In this document: in pieces, positions 37,861-47,161 of the stretch
How the letters are laid out: each line of letters begins with the position of its first letter
Position numbering within the stretch: the first letter of the stretch is position 1
Sequence record: MK308675.1
Reading direction: 5' to 3' (one strand)
DNA: 64,000 nucleotides
Translations under genes and position numbers: made by a program
Notes under the pieces: model-generated
Database searches by the model: none
What the model saw: the letters and a program-made list of their open reading frames with translations, nothing else
What the model was told of the DNA's origin: nothing

Positions 37861-39612
37861 ATGAGTAATGATTTACAAAGGTCTTGCATGTTTGTTCTTT
37901 ATGAAACAAGCAAAGATTCAAGAACCGAAGACTTACTAATCGTTAAAGAGCGATTACGTAATCCTGAAACTGGTGCTGAGAAACCGTCTCTGCGCCTAGT
38001 AAGAAACTACAAGCGACAGTTCGCTATCACTAAGAAAGCACTGCGTACACACAAGCAAAAGAAAGAGTGGGAGTTCAAAGAGAACTGTGACTTCTACGAA
38101 TGTACTTCTGCTGAACTACCTTTCCGTATTGCTAAGGCGCTAAACAAACACGGCCGTCACTATCGCTTAGGTGACCTATGTGAGTCTCCGTATGTTTACG
38201 GTGCGGACATCTCGTCATCTGTTCTTTACAAACATCACGCTGATGTAGCGAATGCTAAAAAGAATGGTGCGTGGAACCCAGACATGTCCATGGCGGTGAT
38301 GGACTTTGAGACCGACATGTTAAACGGTACTGAATATATTATCTCAGGCGCTGTTTCGTTCGGAGACAAAGCACTTATCGCAGTAACAGAAGAGTTCATT
38401 GAAGGCTGTACTACAGCTGAGCAGATTGAAGAAGAAGTAAATAAGCTTGCACGCCATTACATCAAGAAAGATATGGAAGAGCGCAACATCAAGCTTAAAG
38501 TAACTGTTTGTAAAAACGACTTTGAGGTGTGTGCTCGCCTCATGCAGTTCTGTCACGCATTGAAACCCGACTTCCTAGTATTCTGGAACGCCGGCTTCGA
38601 TATTAAGAAGATGATTGATTCTTGTAAGCGTCATCGCGTTGACCCTGCAAACATTTTCTGTGACCCTGCGATTCCACCGGAGTTCCGTAAGTTTAACTTC
38701 CGCGAGTCTAAGTCGAATAAAGTTATGGCGTCTGGTAAGAAGCTTAACTTCTCTGCGGCTGACCTATGGCACGTTATCGAATGTCCTGCTTCTTTCTACA
38801 TCATAGATGCTATGTCCGTATTTAAGATGTTGCGCGTAGTAGAAGGCATGCGTCGTTCTTACTCTCTGGATGCAATCCTAGAAGAAGAACTAGGCTTTAG
38901 AAAACTTGAGTACGAAGCAGAAGAAGCATCCGGTAACCATAACGTATCTTGGCACCGTGCTATGCAGCGCACACACAAACTTATTTACTTGGTATATAAC
39001 TTGTTTGACTGCGTGTCTGTAGAACTGCTCGATAAGAAGACTGGAGACTTGGCTAAGAAGATTGCTCTTTATGCCGATGGTTCAGAATTCTCTACGCTTA
39101 AGTCTAACCCTAAACGTTTGGCTAACGCGCTACACTTCTACCTAGATGACCAAGATAAAGTTATCTGTACTACTTCAACCAACATGACGGAAGAAGAGTT
39201 CGACCATCTTGTAATCGGTAAGAAAGACTGGATTGTTACATTGGCAAACGAGTTGACGCACAAACACGGTGCAGACATTTGGAAGCCAGAACATCGCGGT
39301 GACTTATTGAGCCGTATCGCAACACACGTTTACGATATCGATATCACCTCAGGCTATCCTTCTGGCCAGTGGGCACTGAATGTAAGTCGTGGTACGACAC
39401 TTGCAGAGATTTGTAAGATTGTAGGACAGCTAGAATCTGAACTACGTCGCTTTGCAGTTAACATGACATGTGTTCAAGCCAATGCTATTGACATGGGCCA
39501 TCAGATGCTAGGGCTACCTAACGTCGGTCAAGCACTAGCAGAATACGCTAAAGATAACGAGTTAGCAGCTAACGACCCTATCTTAGAAGAAGTAATTCGA
39601 AGAGCGGCATAA
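37861..39612 (+). CDS. Split family-B DNA polymerase subunit, 3'-5' exonuclease plus motif A (phiKZ gp82-like)
   Basis: ExoI MDFETD, ExoII WNAGFDI, IDAM..F...SYSLDAIL, ExoIII YNLFD and motif A DIDITSGYPS. The later polymerase motifs are absent, consistent with a split enzyme. Confidence 0.85.
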   Translation: MSNDLQRSCMFVLYETSKDSRTEDLLIVKERLRNPETGAEKPSLRLVRNYKRQFAITKKALRTHKQKKEWEFKENCDFYECTSAELPFRIAKALNKHGRHYRLGDLCESPYVYGADISSSVLYKHHADVANAKKNGAWNPDMSMAVMDFETDMLNGTEYIISGAVSFGDKALIAVTEEFIEGCTTAEQIEEEVNKLARHYIKKDMEERNIKLKVTVCKNDFEVCARLMQFCHALKPDFLVFWNAGFDIKKMIDSCKRHRVDPANIFCDPAIPPEFRKFNFRESKSNKVMASGKKLNFSAADLWHVIECPASFYIIDAMSVFKMLRVVEGMRRSYSLDAILEEELGFRKLEYEAEEASGNHNVSWHRAMQRTHKLIYLVYNLFDCVSVELLDKKTGDLAKKIALYADGSEFSTLKSNPKRLANALHFYLDDQDKVICTTSTNMTEEEFDHLVIGKKDWIVTLANELTHKHGADIWKPEHRGDLLSRIATHVYDIDITSGYPSGQWALNVSRGTTLAEICKIVGQLESELRRFAVNMTCVQANAIDMGHQMLGLPNVGQALAEYAKDNELAANDPILEEVIRRAA

Positions 39613-39618
39613 TAGAAA

Positions 39619-39646
39619 CTCTCCTACTCCTTCGGGAGTAGGAGAG
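39619..39646. terminator. Bidirectional terminator, repeated hairpin family
   Basis: Exact 28-nt copy of 34141-34168, between convergent genes. Confidence 0.85.
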
Positions 39647-39658
39647 TCTATATGACTG

Positions 39659-40984
39659 TTAGTCTTTGCCTGCAATCATGATAACGTAAACGTTAAGCGC
39701 TTCGATAAGCGTACGCAGGAATCGCTCAGATGACTCTAAGTAAGAAACCGCGTTCATGTGAGACTTAGGAATAGAACGAATCATTTCCTGAAGAATCTGA
39801 ATGTCCTTATCGTTACGGCCATTGTGGTAACGTTTAAGGTCTTCAGCTGCATCACGTAGAATGTCACCGCCACTTGCACCGAACGTTTCTAAGTTATCCT
39901 TAGCACGACGGATTTCACCAGCGATTTGTTCACGCTTAGAATCTAGTTTAGCTGTGATAGCACGTAGCTCTTCTAGGTCACGGTAGCTTAGCTTAGGCAT
40001 GCCCTTAGGTAGACGAGAAGGTACGTTAGTATCTAGCTTGCCTTCAGTGTAAGAGAACATAAGCGTATGCATCTTGATAAGGCCAGAGCGCTCAGGGATA
40101 AATGTAGGGTATACGTCGCCCAGTAGCTTGCGCCCAGTCTTAAGATACTTACCGCGTAGACGTAGCTTAGCAATAGAAGCTAAGTCAGCCTGTTCGATTT
40201 CTTTGATGCCTTTGTTCAGAACCCAGTCGAAGTCTTGGATATCGCGCATAGTCATAACCGTGTTAATAACACGCTCATACGCAGTGCGGTCCATAGAAGA
40301 CGTTAGGTCGTTGAAGAACTGAAGCACAGATTCACATTGTGAAACTAGGTCACCGTACTTACCGTTTAGAACGAACTTAGAAAGAACGTTTACTTCACCA
40401 CGGTATGCTGGCGGGATAAGAATAGTCACGTCTTCGCTAATCATTGCTTTGTCTACTACTCGACCGTTAGGGTCAGTAAAGACATGAGCACCTGCACCGT
40501 CCAAGCTTTCTTTCTCTTCTGGTGTCATCTTAGCACCTGGCTCTAAGCCAAAGCGTTTGATTGTCTCTTCTGCTTCTTCTACGCGCTTCTGGAATGCAAC
40601 CAACTTGTCAGCTGCTTCTTTGTTCTTTTGGAACAATAGCTCAGATACCGCTGTAAAGAGCATACGAGCTCGACGGATAAGACCTTGGATAAGTTTAGCG
40701 ATTGCATCGTAAACACGCGCAGGGACGTCGCTAAGACCTTCCATGGCTACTTCTGTCTCAGCCACTACATCGAACTCACCAAATAGCTGGGAGATAGAAG
40801 TGTAACCAAGTTGAGTAGCGACTACTTTCAATGACATTTCTGCTTGAGCGCGAGTACGCTCATTAACGTCGTTTTTGCTAAACCACTCTAAGACCGTTTG
40901 AGTAGTTGCTAACGCAGCATCAACGTTCTTAATCTCGCGGTACAGCCGGGCTTGCTCAAGCTCCGCTGAAACAATGTTACTCAT
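39659..40984 (-). CDS. Internal head protein paralogue
   Basis: 441 aa. Propeptide ending in VAME|G, followed by an amphipathic helix (VYDAIAKLIQGLIRRARMLF). Confidence 0.65.
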   Translation of the reverse strand: MSNIVSAELEQARLYREIKNVDAALATTQTVLEWFSKNDVNERTRAQAEMSLKVVATQLGYTSISQLFGEFDVVAETEVAMEGLSDVPARVYDAIAKLIQGLIRRARMLFTAVSELLFQKNKEAADKLVAFQKRVEEAEETIKRFGLEPGAKMTPEEKESLDGAGAHVFTDPNGRVVDKAMISEDVTILIPPAYRGEVNVLSKFVLNGKYGDLVSQCESVLQFFNDLTSSMDRTAYERVINTVMTMRDIQDFDWVLNKGIKEIEQADLASIAKLRLRGKYLKTGRKLLGDVYPTFIPERSGLIKMHTLMFSYTEGKLDTNVPSRLPKGMPKLSYRDLEELRAITAKLDSKREQIAGEIRRAKDNLETFGASGGDILRDAAEDLKRYHNGRNDKDIQILQEMIRSIPKSHMNAVSYLESSERFLRTLIEALNVYVIMIAGKD

Positions 40985-41032
40985 TTTTTAAACTCCGGAA
41001 TTTATACTAAATAAAAAGTTTTTGTGCACATT

Positions 41033-41356
41033 TTATTTGTCCGCTGTAGGTTCCGCACAGTGTGCCGGTCGCACTTCGGTGAACTCTTTATCGGCTAAAA
41101 GCGTATTGAGTCTCCTGACTTCATACAGACGGCAATCTATTAACTCTAACTCCTTAGCTTGAAGGATGGCCCAGTTAAGGATGTCGTGTGGTTCGAAGCC
41201 TTGAGCCAATGGTCGCTCTGGTCCGACTAACAGCGTAGGGTCAATTGGTTCCTTTACAGGCGGAGGGCTCAGCCAGTCCATTGCGGCACAACTCGATAGC
41301 AACGGCACTAGGGTCAAGAGCAAGAACAGTTTCAGACACGGGAATCTCTTTAACAT
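41033..41356 (-). CDS. Outer-membrane spanin (o-spanin, Rz1-like lipoprotein)
   Basis: Signal peptide with lipobox LLSS|C and a Pro-rich segment (PPPVKEPIDP); overlaps the 3' end of the i-spanin. Confidence 0.8.
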   Translation of the reverse strand: MLKRFPCLKLFLLLTLVPLLSSCAAMDWLSPPPVKEPIDPTLLVGPERPLAQGFEPHDILNWAILQAKELELIDCRLYEVRRLNTLLADKEFTEVRPAHCAEPTADK

Positions 41357-41654
41357 TTTTCTCTATCTCTATATAACGGGTTTCGACAATGCGTTCGGTC
41401 TCTTTGACGTTCGCGTTCGTTTCACGTTCTAAGGTCAGCTGTTTGTTCAGTTCTTCGATTTGAAGTTCTTTCTGTTCGAGCTTACTCTCAAGAGTCGTGA
41501 CTTCCTCCACTTTACCTAGATAGGCATTAGTGAGAAAGATTGTACTTAGAAGAAGTATGACAATAGTACCGATAGTAATCGGCGTCAGATATTGCATGAA
41601 CTTCCCTTTTACCAATGACCACATAAGGGCCTCCTTTTTGATATAAAAGGACAA
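41241..41654 (-). CDS. Inner-membrane spanin (i-spanin, Rz-like)
   Basis: N-terminal TM (ITIGTIVILLLSTIFLT) and a periplasmic coiled coil; 116-nt overlap with the lipoprotein gene. The true start may be an internal ATG. Confidence 0.8.
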   Translation of the reverse strand: MSFYIKKEALMWSLVKGKFMQYLTPITIGTIVILLLSTIFLTNAYLGKVEEVTTLESKLEQKELQIEELNKQLTLERETNANVKETERIVETRYIEIEKNVKEIPVSETVLALDPSAVAIELCRNGLAEPSACKGTN

Positions 41655-41655
41655 G

Positions 41656-41679
41656 CTCCCCTGCCCGAAGGCAGAGGAA
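41656..41679 (-). terminator. Terminator with UUCG loop
   Basis: Minus strand ttcctctgcc TTCG ggcaggggag followed by a T-rich run. Confidence 0.6.
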
Positions 41680-41686
41680 CTTAATC

Positions 41687-42982
41687 TTAATCAGCGCGGA
41701 TATTTACAGCACGGCGCAGACGAGAGATGATTCTCTCCGCACGGCTATTGGCAAGGTTCATGCCAAACACTTCCCAATCCATAATTGTCTTCTTACCTTT
41801 GTCTGCCATTGTAAGCAGAGCGTAGTAAAGAGACTGGAATTCAAGCACGCGTTCTTTAGATAGGCCTTTCTTAACCGTATCGTTAACGCGACGCATTGCA
41901 CTGACGTCGTTAAAGCAACCACCTTGACCGCGATGTTCGCGAATGATGTCCAACAAGCGACGAATGTTTTCGATGGCCACCGCTTCGTCTTCTTCGCCTG
42001 CAATTAGGTTGATGAACTGATTAGCCAACTTAGCTTGCTGAGAAATTAACTCATCGTCTTTAGTTGGGCGGCGCGGGTTCATGATAACCACGTACTCTTC
42101 CAGAAGTTTCCAAGGAACTTTACGTGCGTTCTCTAGTGCTTCCGTGCGTTTACGTGCGCGGCGCTGTTCTTGAGTTTCTTTAGGTGCTTCAGCAACAGGT
42201 TCTTGCTTAGGCGGTTCAGGTAAGTCACCAGGACCTTTAATCGGTTCTGGCTCAACGAACTTAGCTTCGTTTACCGTTTCTTGAACACAGACATCACAGA
42301 ACTTAGAAACAGAACCGTTGTTGATGTGGAACTGCTTAAACTCACCTGGGTGTTTCTCACAAGGTTCTTCTACGCCAGAGTCAGCAATGATAGTGCCGTT
42401 TTCTTCCACACGAACTAGACGAGCTTTAGCACCCAGGAGCTCAGCCACTTTAAGTGTCGCTTCTGGGTTTTCCATTTCTAGTTTCTTCTGTGCCATGAAA
42501 GCTTCTGCTTCAATGTGACACTGCGGACAATCTGGAGCAGCGCTTCCGTTGCGTGTAACAAGAGGCCATTCGCCGCCATGTGCTGGACATGCAACTAGAG
42601 TAACTTCTGGTTCTTTGTCTTCATCTTCTTCTACTGTAGAAGAAGCAAGTACTGTGCCTTCGGCATCAACCACGTTTACTTCGCCGCCTTCACCTTCAAC
42701 TACCGTGCCTTCGGTTACGTTACCTTCAGCGTCTACTACGCCGACTTTGTCGCCAGCTTCTACTTCTACTTCAGGTCCCTGTTCGCCTTCCACGACGAAC
42801 GGTAATTCATCAACGTGCTGGAACACTGTAGTTTCGCCACGCGCTTGCTGGTTCTGCTCCGGAACTTCTTTCTTTTCCGTTTCAGCTTCGCCTAGAATCT
42901 CTTTCATTTCGTCGTTTGCGTTCGTAGCCGCTGCCTTGTTTTTATTGCGATTACGGTTACGACGAGTTTCACTCTTACTCAT
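41687..42982 (-). CDS. Hypothetical protein with acidic disordered N-terminus and two C-x2-H...C-x2-C zinc motifs (phiKZ gp79-like by synteny)
   Basis: 431 aa. CPAH-x16-CPQC and CEKH-x17-CDVC, then a helical C-terminal domain. Confidence 0.65.
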   Translation of the reverse strand: MSKSETRRNRNRNKNKAAATNANDEMKEILGEAETEKKEVPEQNQQARGETTVFQHVDELPFVVEGEQGPEVEVEAGDKVGVVDAEGNVTEGTVVEGEGGEVNVVDAEGTVLASSTVEEDEDKEPEVTLVACPAHGGEWPLVTRNGSAAPDCPQCHIEAEAFMAQKKLEMENPEATLKVAELLGAKARLVRVEENGTIIADSGVEEPCEKHPGEFKQFHINNGSVSKFCDVCVQETVNEAKFVEPEPIKGPGDLPEPPKQEPVAEAPKETQEQRRARKRTEALENARKVPWKLLEEYVVIMNPRRPTKDDELISQQAKLANQFINLIAGEEDEAVAIENIRRLLDIIREHRGQGGCFNDVSAMRRVNDTVKKGLSKERVLEFQSLYYALLTMADKGKKTIMDWEVFGMNLANSRAERIISRLRRAVNIRAD

Positions 42983-43038
42983 TGGAGTTTCCTTTTCAAG
43001 TTTTCAATAAGACACTTAATTCGGTCTTAAAATATTTT

Positions 43039-44292
43039 TTAAACGATGTCTAGAACTGGGTCAAAGTCGACCGTCTTAGAAGCAGTACCGTGGAACGCGG
43101 CTAGAGAGATAGACATGAATACGTTACACATCTCTGCCATACGCGGACCTAGGCCGACGTTAGAGTTAACTTCTTTATCGCCCATACAACGAGCACAGTA
43201 GCCACGGTTCTTAGTCTTACATGCTGTTGGGTCACGTAAGATAATTTCAGTACCGATGAGTTTAGCAAACTCTTGTTCAGAGATAGGCTCATCTCGGCCA
43301 ACGATATAACGGCCCACTAGGTCACGCCCAGCTTCAACAAGCTCTGGCTTACCGACCATAGTACGACAATCGTCTTCTGCAATCTTCAAGTTCTGGAATA
43401 CACGGTTAGAGAACTTAGCTGCTTCACCGCCCAATGCCGTTGAGGCACCACGGTCATATGAACCGGAACGCAGGGAGTTGATAATAGCTGGTAAGTCTTC
43501 CGCAGCATAACCTTCGCCCAGCGAGCGAGGAATGTAATCCATTTTCGATGGGTCATCGAGCTTAGCCAGACCGCCCTGAACATGGAATAGTTTCTTACGG
43601 ACAACCGCGTAGGCTTTATCTTTCAAGAAGAACTTAGACGCATCGTCTCCGGCCATGTACTCACGGTCGGCTTCAGTAATAGCCTCATCAATCATCGCTA
43701 CAATTGCTGGGTCGTCGAGTTGGTCTTTGAACTTCTCTAAAAGCTCATCACGAATCTTCAATGCTTCAGGTGAAGCAGTTAGTGCCTTAGGCGTGTATGC
43801 TGAAACTGTAATCTCAGCAAATACCGTAATGTAGTTCATTGCCTGCATTACTTTAAGGTATTGTGGAACGCTTAGGGATTGGTCTAGCAGTGCTGCTGAG
43901 ACTCGTTTAGAGAGAAGCTTCTTGTTAATCTTACCAGCGACATATGGAAGAACTCCTTCCGAACCCCACTCGAAGATACAAGCATTAATGATAGCTTCAC
44001 CGTAGTTAGTTTCAACTGGTTCACGGACACAAGACAAGAAGTCTTCTGTAATAGTGAAGCGTTCTTTGATAGGAAAAAGGGGCTGACCTTCTTCCCAACC
44101 AGTAATCTCTTCCTGTCCACCTTCGATTTCTGGGTTGTGGTAAAACCATTTACCCTCACGAAAGCCCGGGACGTTAACGCCTACCGCCTTGTCGCGATTA
44201 GGTAAGGACAGAACACGGAATAGCCAAGCACGGTGACGGTAAAGGCCGTCACGCATAGCTAGCTTAAAATAATCAAGCTTATTAATCGCCAT
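43039..44292 (-). CDS. Virion RNA polymerase beta' subunit, C-terminal fragment (phiKZ gp80-like)
   Basis: 417 aa. SLRSGSYDRGASTALGGE, EDDC, LRDPTACKT...YCARCMG (beta' zinc site) and FH.T motifs. Confidence 0.85.
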   Translation of the reverse strand: MAINKLDYFKLAMRDGLYRHRAWLFRVLSLPNRDKAVGVNVPGFREGKWFYHNPEIEGGQEEITGWEEGQPLFPIKERFTITEDFLSCVREPVETNYGEAIINACIFEWGSEGVLPYVAGKINKKLLSKRVSAALLDQSLSVPQYLKVMQAMNYITVFAEITVSAYTPKALTASPEALKIRDELLEKFKDQLDDPAIVAMIDEAITEADREYMAGDDASKFFLKDKAYAVVRKKLFHVQGGLAKLDDPSKMDYIPRSLGEGYAAEDLPAIINSLRSGSYDRGASTALGGEAAKFSNRVFQNLKIAEDDCRTMVGKPELVEAGRDLVGRYIVGRDEPISEQEFAKLIGTEIILRDPTACKTKNRGYCARCMGDKEVNSNVGLGPRMAEMCNVFMSISLAAFHGTASKTVDFDPVLDIV

Positions 44293-45109
44293 CAGTAAAA
44301 GCTCCGACTAGATGGTCAAACGCCATCATGATGCTTGGGTAAGTAGGTGCGTCACCCGCTGCATCGTTAATTAGTTCACGCGCTGTTTCTACGAGTTCCG
44401 ATTTGGGTATCGCCGATGCAATACATGCAGCAATGGCTTCTTTAGCCACGTCGTTGGCTGTAAGCGTTGAAGCAGCTTTTGCAAAAGTCGTGTAAGCCAC
44501 GGCCCAAGAAATAGGAAGCTGGGATACTTCGACTACTTTGTCGTAGATAACGCCGCCAGTGCCGTCAAGGAAGTTAGCCAACTCAACTTTAGTGTTGTCA
44601 CGTAAAGCAAGGGTATCTTCAAACAGCTCGGCATTGTTTAACATAGACTTCATTCGCTGGATAAGCTTCGCGTCTACTTCTTCGATGCGCCATTCGTACC
44701 AAACTTCTGGCTTTTCACTGATTGCACTTAGCACGTCGATAAGAAGAGTTAAGTCTTCTTCTGCTTCCGAATTCGATAACGCTTCCGTAACCACGTCTAG
44801 GTTATTCAAATCTTCGGTAGCTAGTAAAGTAGAAAGGATTTCCACTTTAACAGATAAGTTAATGTAGTCAGGCGCGTCTGCTAAGTGGACACCCATTAGC
44901 ATGAGTAACAAGTCTAAGTGTTTCTCATAAGCCGCCATCATTGTTAAGCCTTTTTCTAAGGCATCCAAGTTATTTAAGTTCTCTGGTTCAGAGACTTCAA
45001 GTTGGTGGTCGGTGTAGTTTATTTCTTCGAAGATTTTCTCTAGATTAACTAGTGTTTCTAAATCCCCAATTTTCAATACACCTTCGTAAACCGCAATTGC
45101 GTCAAACAT
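44282..45109 (-). CDS. Hypothetical acidic helical protein
   Basis: 275-aa ORF overlapping the vRNAP gene start by 11 nt. Confidence 0.6.
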   Translation of the reverse strand: MFDAIAVYEGVLKIGDLETLVNLEKIFEEINYTDHQLEVSEPENLNNLDALEKGLTMMAAYEKHLDLLLMLMGVHLADAPDYINLSVKVEILSTLLATEDLNNLDVVTEALSNSEAEEDLTLLIDVLSAISEKPEVWYEWRIEEVDAKLIQRMKSMLNNAELFEDTLALRDNTKVELANFLDGTGGVIYDKVVEVSQLPISWAVAYTTFAKAASTLTANDVAKEAIAACIASAIPKSELVETARELINDAAGDAPTYPSIMMAFDHLVGAFTDGD

Positions 45110-45200
45110 TGTAATACTCCTGTATCCTAAACGATTCGTTCTTTATATACACTTAATCTGTATCTAATGTAGTTAAAAACTTTTTATATGGAGCTTACCA

Positions 45201-45530
45201 ATGACTGGTAAAACGCAACAGGCGACATGGGATGACGTCCATGTTCAATCTAACCTTTGTCTTGTAGGTATACAAGGCTGTCACTCGCTGATGGAGAAAC
45301 TTACTCCATTGCCTCTAAGTGCAGAGTCTAAATCCATTCTTGCTGATTGTTCGACCCAGCTCTTAAGTCTCTGTGAAGAACGTGAGCGCATCATGTCCAG
45401 AGGCGTTAAAGCAGCGAATGCTCATGTAAGCCCCGATGACTTCATGAAGCTCTACAACAAGTACGGTGAAATCGCAGCGTGTAATCGCGGCATTGATAGC
45501 ATCCGTGTTAAACTTTCCAACATAGTGTAA
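45201..45530 (+). CDS. Hypothetical protein
   Basis: 109-aa ORF with a GGAG SD; first gene of a plus-strand unit. Confidence 0.6.
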   Translation: MTGKTQQATWDDVHVQSNLCLVGIQGCHSLMEKLTPLPLSAESKSILADCSTQLLSLCEERERIMSRGVKAANAHVSPDDFMKLYNKYGEIAACNRGIDSIRVKLSNIV

Positions 45531-45542
45531 AGGAAAAGGAAA

Positions 45543-47144
45543 ATGGAAAAAGACGAATTTGATTTAAGCTACCAACCGGAAGCCCTTCCGGAACAGGAGC
45601 AAGAAACAAAGGAACCTGAAGCCCAACCGGTTAACTTTGAATATGACGAGCTGGATATGCCGGAAGGCTACCAGTTTGTTTCGCCGTTCATGGAAGCTAA
45701 CGAAAGCGACATGGCGGAGATTGCCCTGCCCGGTTCTGAAACAGACGTGAATCATTTGGCTCACCTAATCCACGAAATACGTTCAGACGAAACTCTGAGC
45801 ATCGAAGATAGACGAGCGACTGAAGAATACCTTCGTCAGTTGTTAGGTCAAGGCACGCTAAGTGAACGCTATGGCGCTCTGCATGAAGGCAAGACTACCT
45901 TGGCTCAGTACCTAGCCATAGATGGACGCCGCGTTGCTAACTCGCGCATTGGCTTTAAGACCGAAGACGGCACTCGCTTACGCGGTGCTGCTGCGCGTTC
46001 TCGCATGCAGGCTAAACTAGGCACAGGTACTCCTGTGGTTTGGCGCATGTGGCACTCAGGTTTCTCTGTTGAAATGGGTAACTTTGCTCCAGGTGAAATC
46101 TTTAAGCACCAGGTCGACTTGCTTACTGCGGTTGAGAACATCGCTATTAAGACTAACGGCCAAATCCTTTCTGCCGACGATGCGTACTATGTAACTAAGA
46201 TGACCGACTTCTGTATCGAGCACATCTATAACTGTACCATCAAGAACTGGTCACATGACGTTATCCGTCAGCGCCTAGATGTTCGCGACATCTACACTCT
46301 TCTTTGTGCAGGTCTTGCAGCAATGTACCCTAACGGTTATCCGTTTGTTCGTGACTGCCGCTTTAAGATAGATAAAGAGAAAGCCTGTGACTGGTCTACT
46401 CTTAAAGGTCTGGAAGATGTTCGCAAGATTACCCGTCTAGACTTCCGTCTACTTACTTGGGAAGACAGTGACAAGTTCACTCCTGCGCAAGTACGTCTTG
46501 TTAACATGCCATGGGACTCTGTGACGGTCAAGGACCTAGACGACTACCGCGATAACCTACCGGAACAAGTAGTTACCACAGGTGTTCTCAATGAGAAGAC
46601 TGGCGGTGATTCTATCTGGCGTGCGGTTATTCGTGCACCGTTCTATTCTGACTATCGTCGAGAAACTCTAGAATGGGTTTCTGACGTAGAGCTACAAGTT
46701 GACCGTGCTCTAGCTAATGCCCCTGATACTTCTCCTGAAGCTGCTAACGTTCTGCGCCGTCAGTCGATTGAGTCTTACATCAAGCGCATTACTGCACAGC
46801 GTCACTCTAGCTGGATTCGCGAAATTGTCGAGATGGAAGGCACCAGTGAGATTCTTTACGGTGGCGAGAACGTTGGCAAGGAAGGTTTGATTAACCGTAA
46901 AGAAGTCGTAGAGCGTTTAGCTGACATGTCTGAAAACGGTGAAGTCTGTGCTAACCTTATTAAAGCGGTAGAAGACTATAAGGCGGAGAACACATTCTCG
47001 TTCGTGGCTATTCCTAACTTCCAGTGTCCTACTTGTAAGAAAGGCCAGTCTGAACCTAAGGCTACACGACCACACCTAATCCCGATTCCGGTGACTCACT
47101 ATTTTTTCGCTATAACGGTATCGAATTCCGGCCAGAGAAACTAA
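45543..47144 (+). CDS. Conserved protein with C-terminal CxxC, possible tail/baseplate assembly chaperone (phiKZ gp77-like)
   Basis: 533 aa. YPNGYPF, IPNFQCPTC and IP...FF end motifs. The chaperone role is inferred from resemblance to T4 gp26/gp51-type proteins. Confidence 0.55.
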   Translation: MEKDEFDLSYQPEALPEQEQETKEPEAQPVNFEYDELDMPEGYQFVSPFMEANESDMAEIALPGSETDVNHLAHLIHEIRSDETLSIEDRRATEEYLRQLLGQGTLSERYGALHEGKTTLAQYLAIDGRRVANSRIGFKTEDGTRLRGAAARSRMQAKLGTGTPVVWRMWHSGFSVEMGNFAPGEIFKHQVDLLTAVENIAIKTNGQILSADDAYYVTKMTDFCIEHIYNCTIKNWSHDVIRQRLDVRDIYTLLCAGLAAMYPNGYPFVRDCRFKIDKEKACDWSTLKGLEDVRKITRLDFRLLTWEDSDKFTPAQVRLVNMPWDSVTVKDLDDYRDNLPEQVVTTGVLNEKTGGDSIWRAVIRAPFYSDYRRETLEWVSDVELQVDRALANAPDTSPEAANVLRRQSIESYIKRITAQRHSSWIREIVEMEGTSEILYGGENVGKEGLINRKEVVERLADMSENGEVCANLIKAVEDYKAENTFSFVAIPNFQCPTCKKGQSEPKATRPHLIPIPVTHYFFAITVSNSGQRN

Positions 47145-47161
47145 GAGGTACTCTTAGCTCT

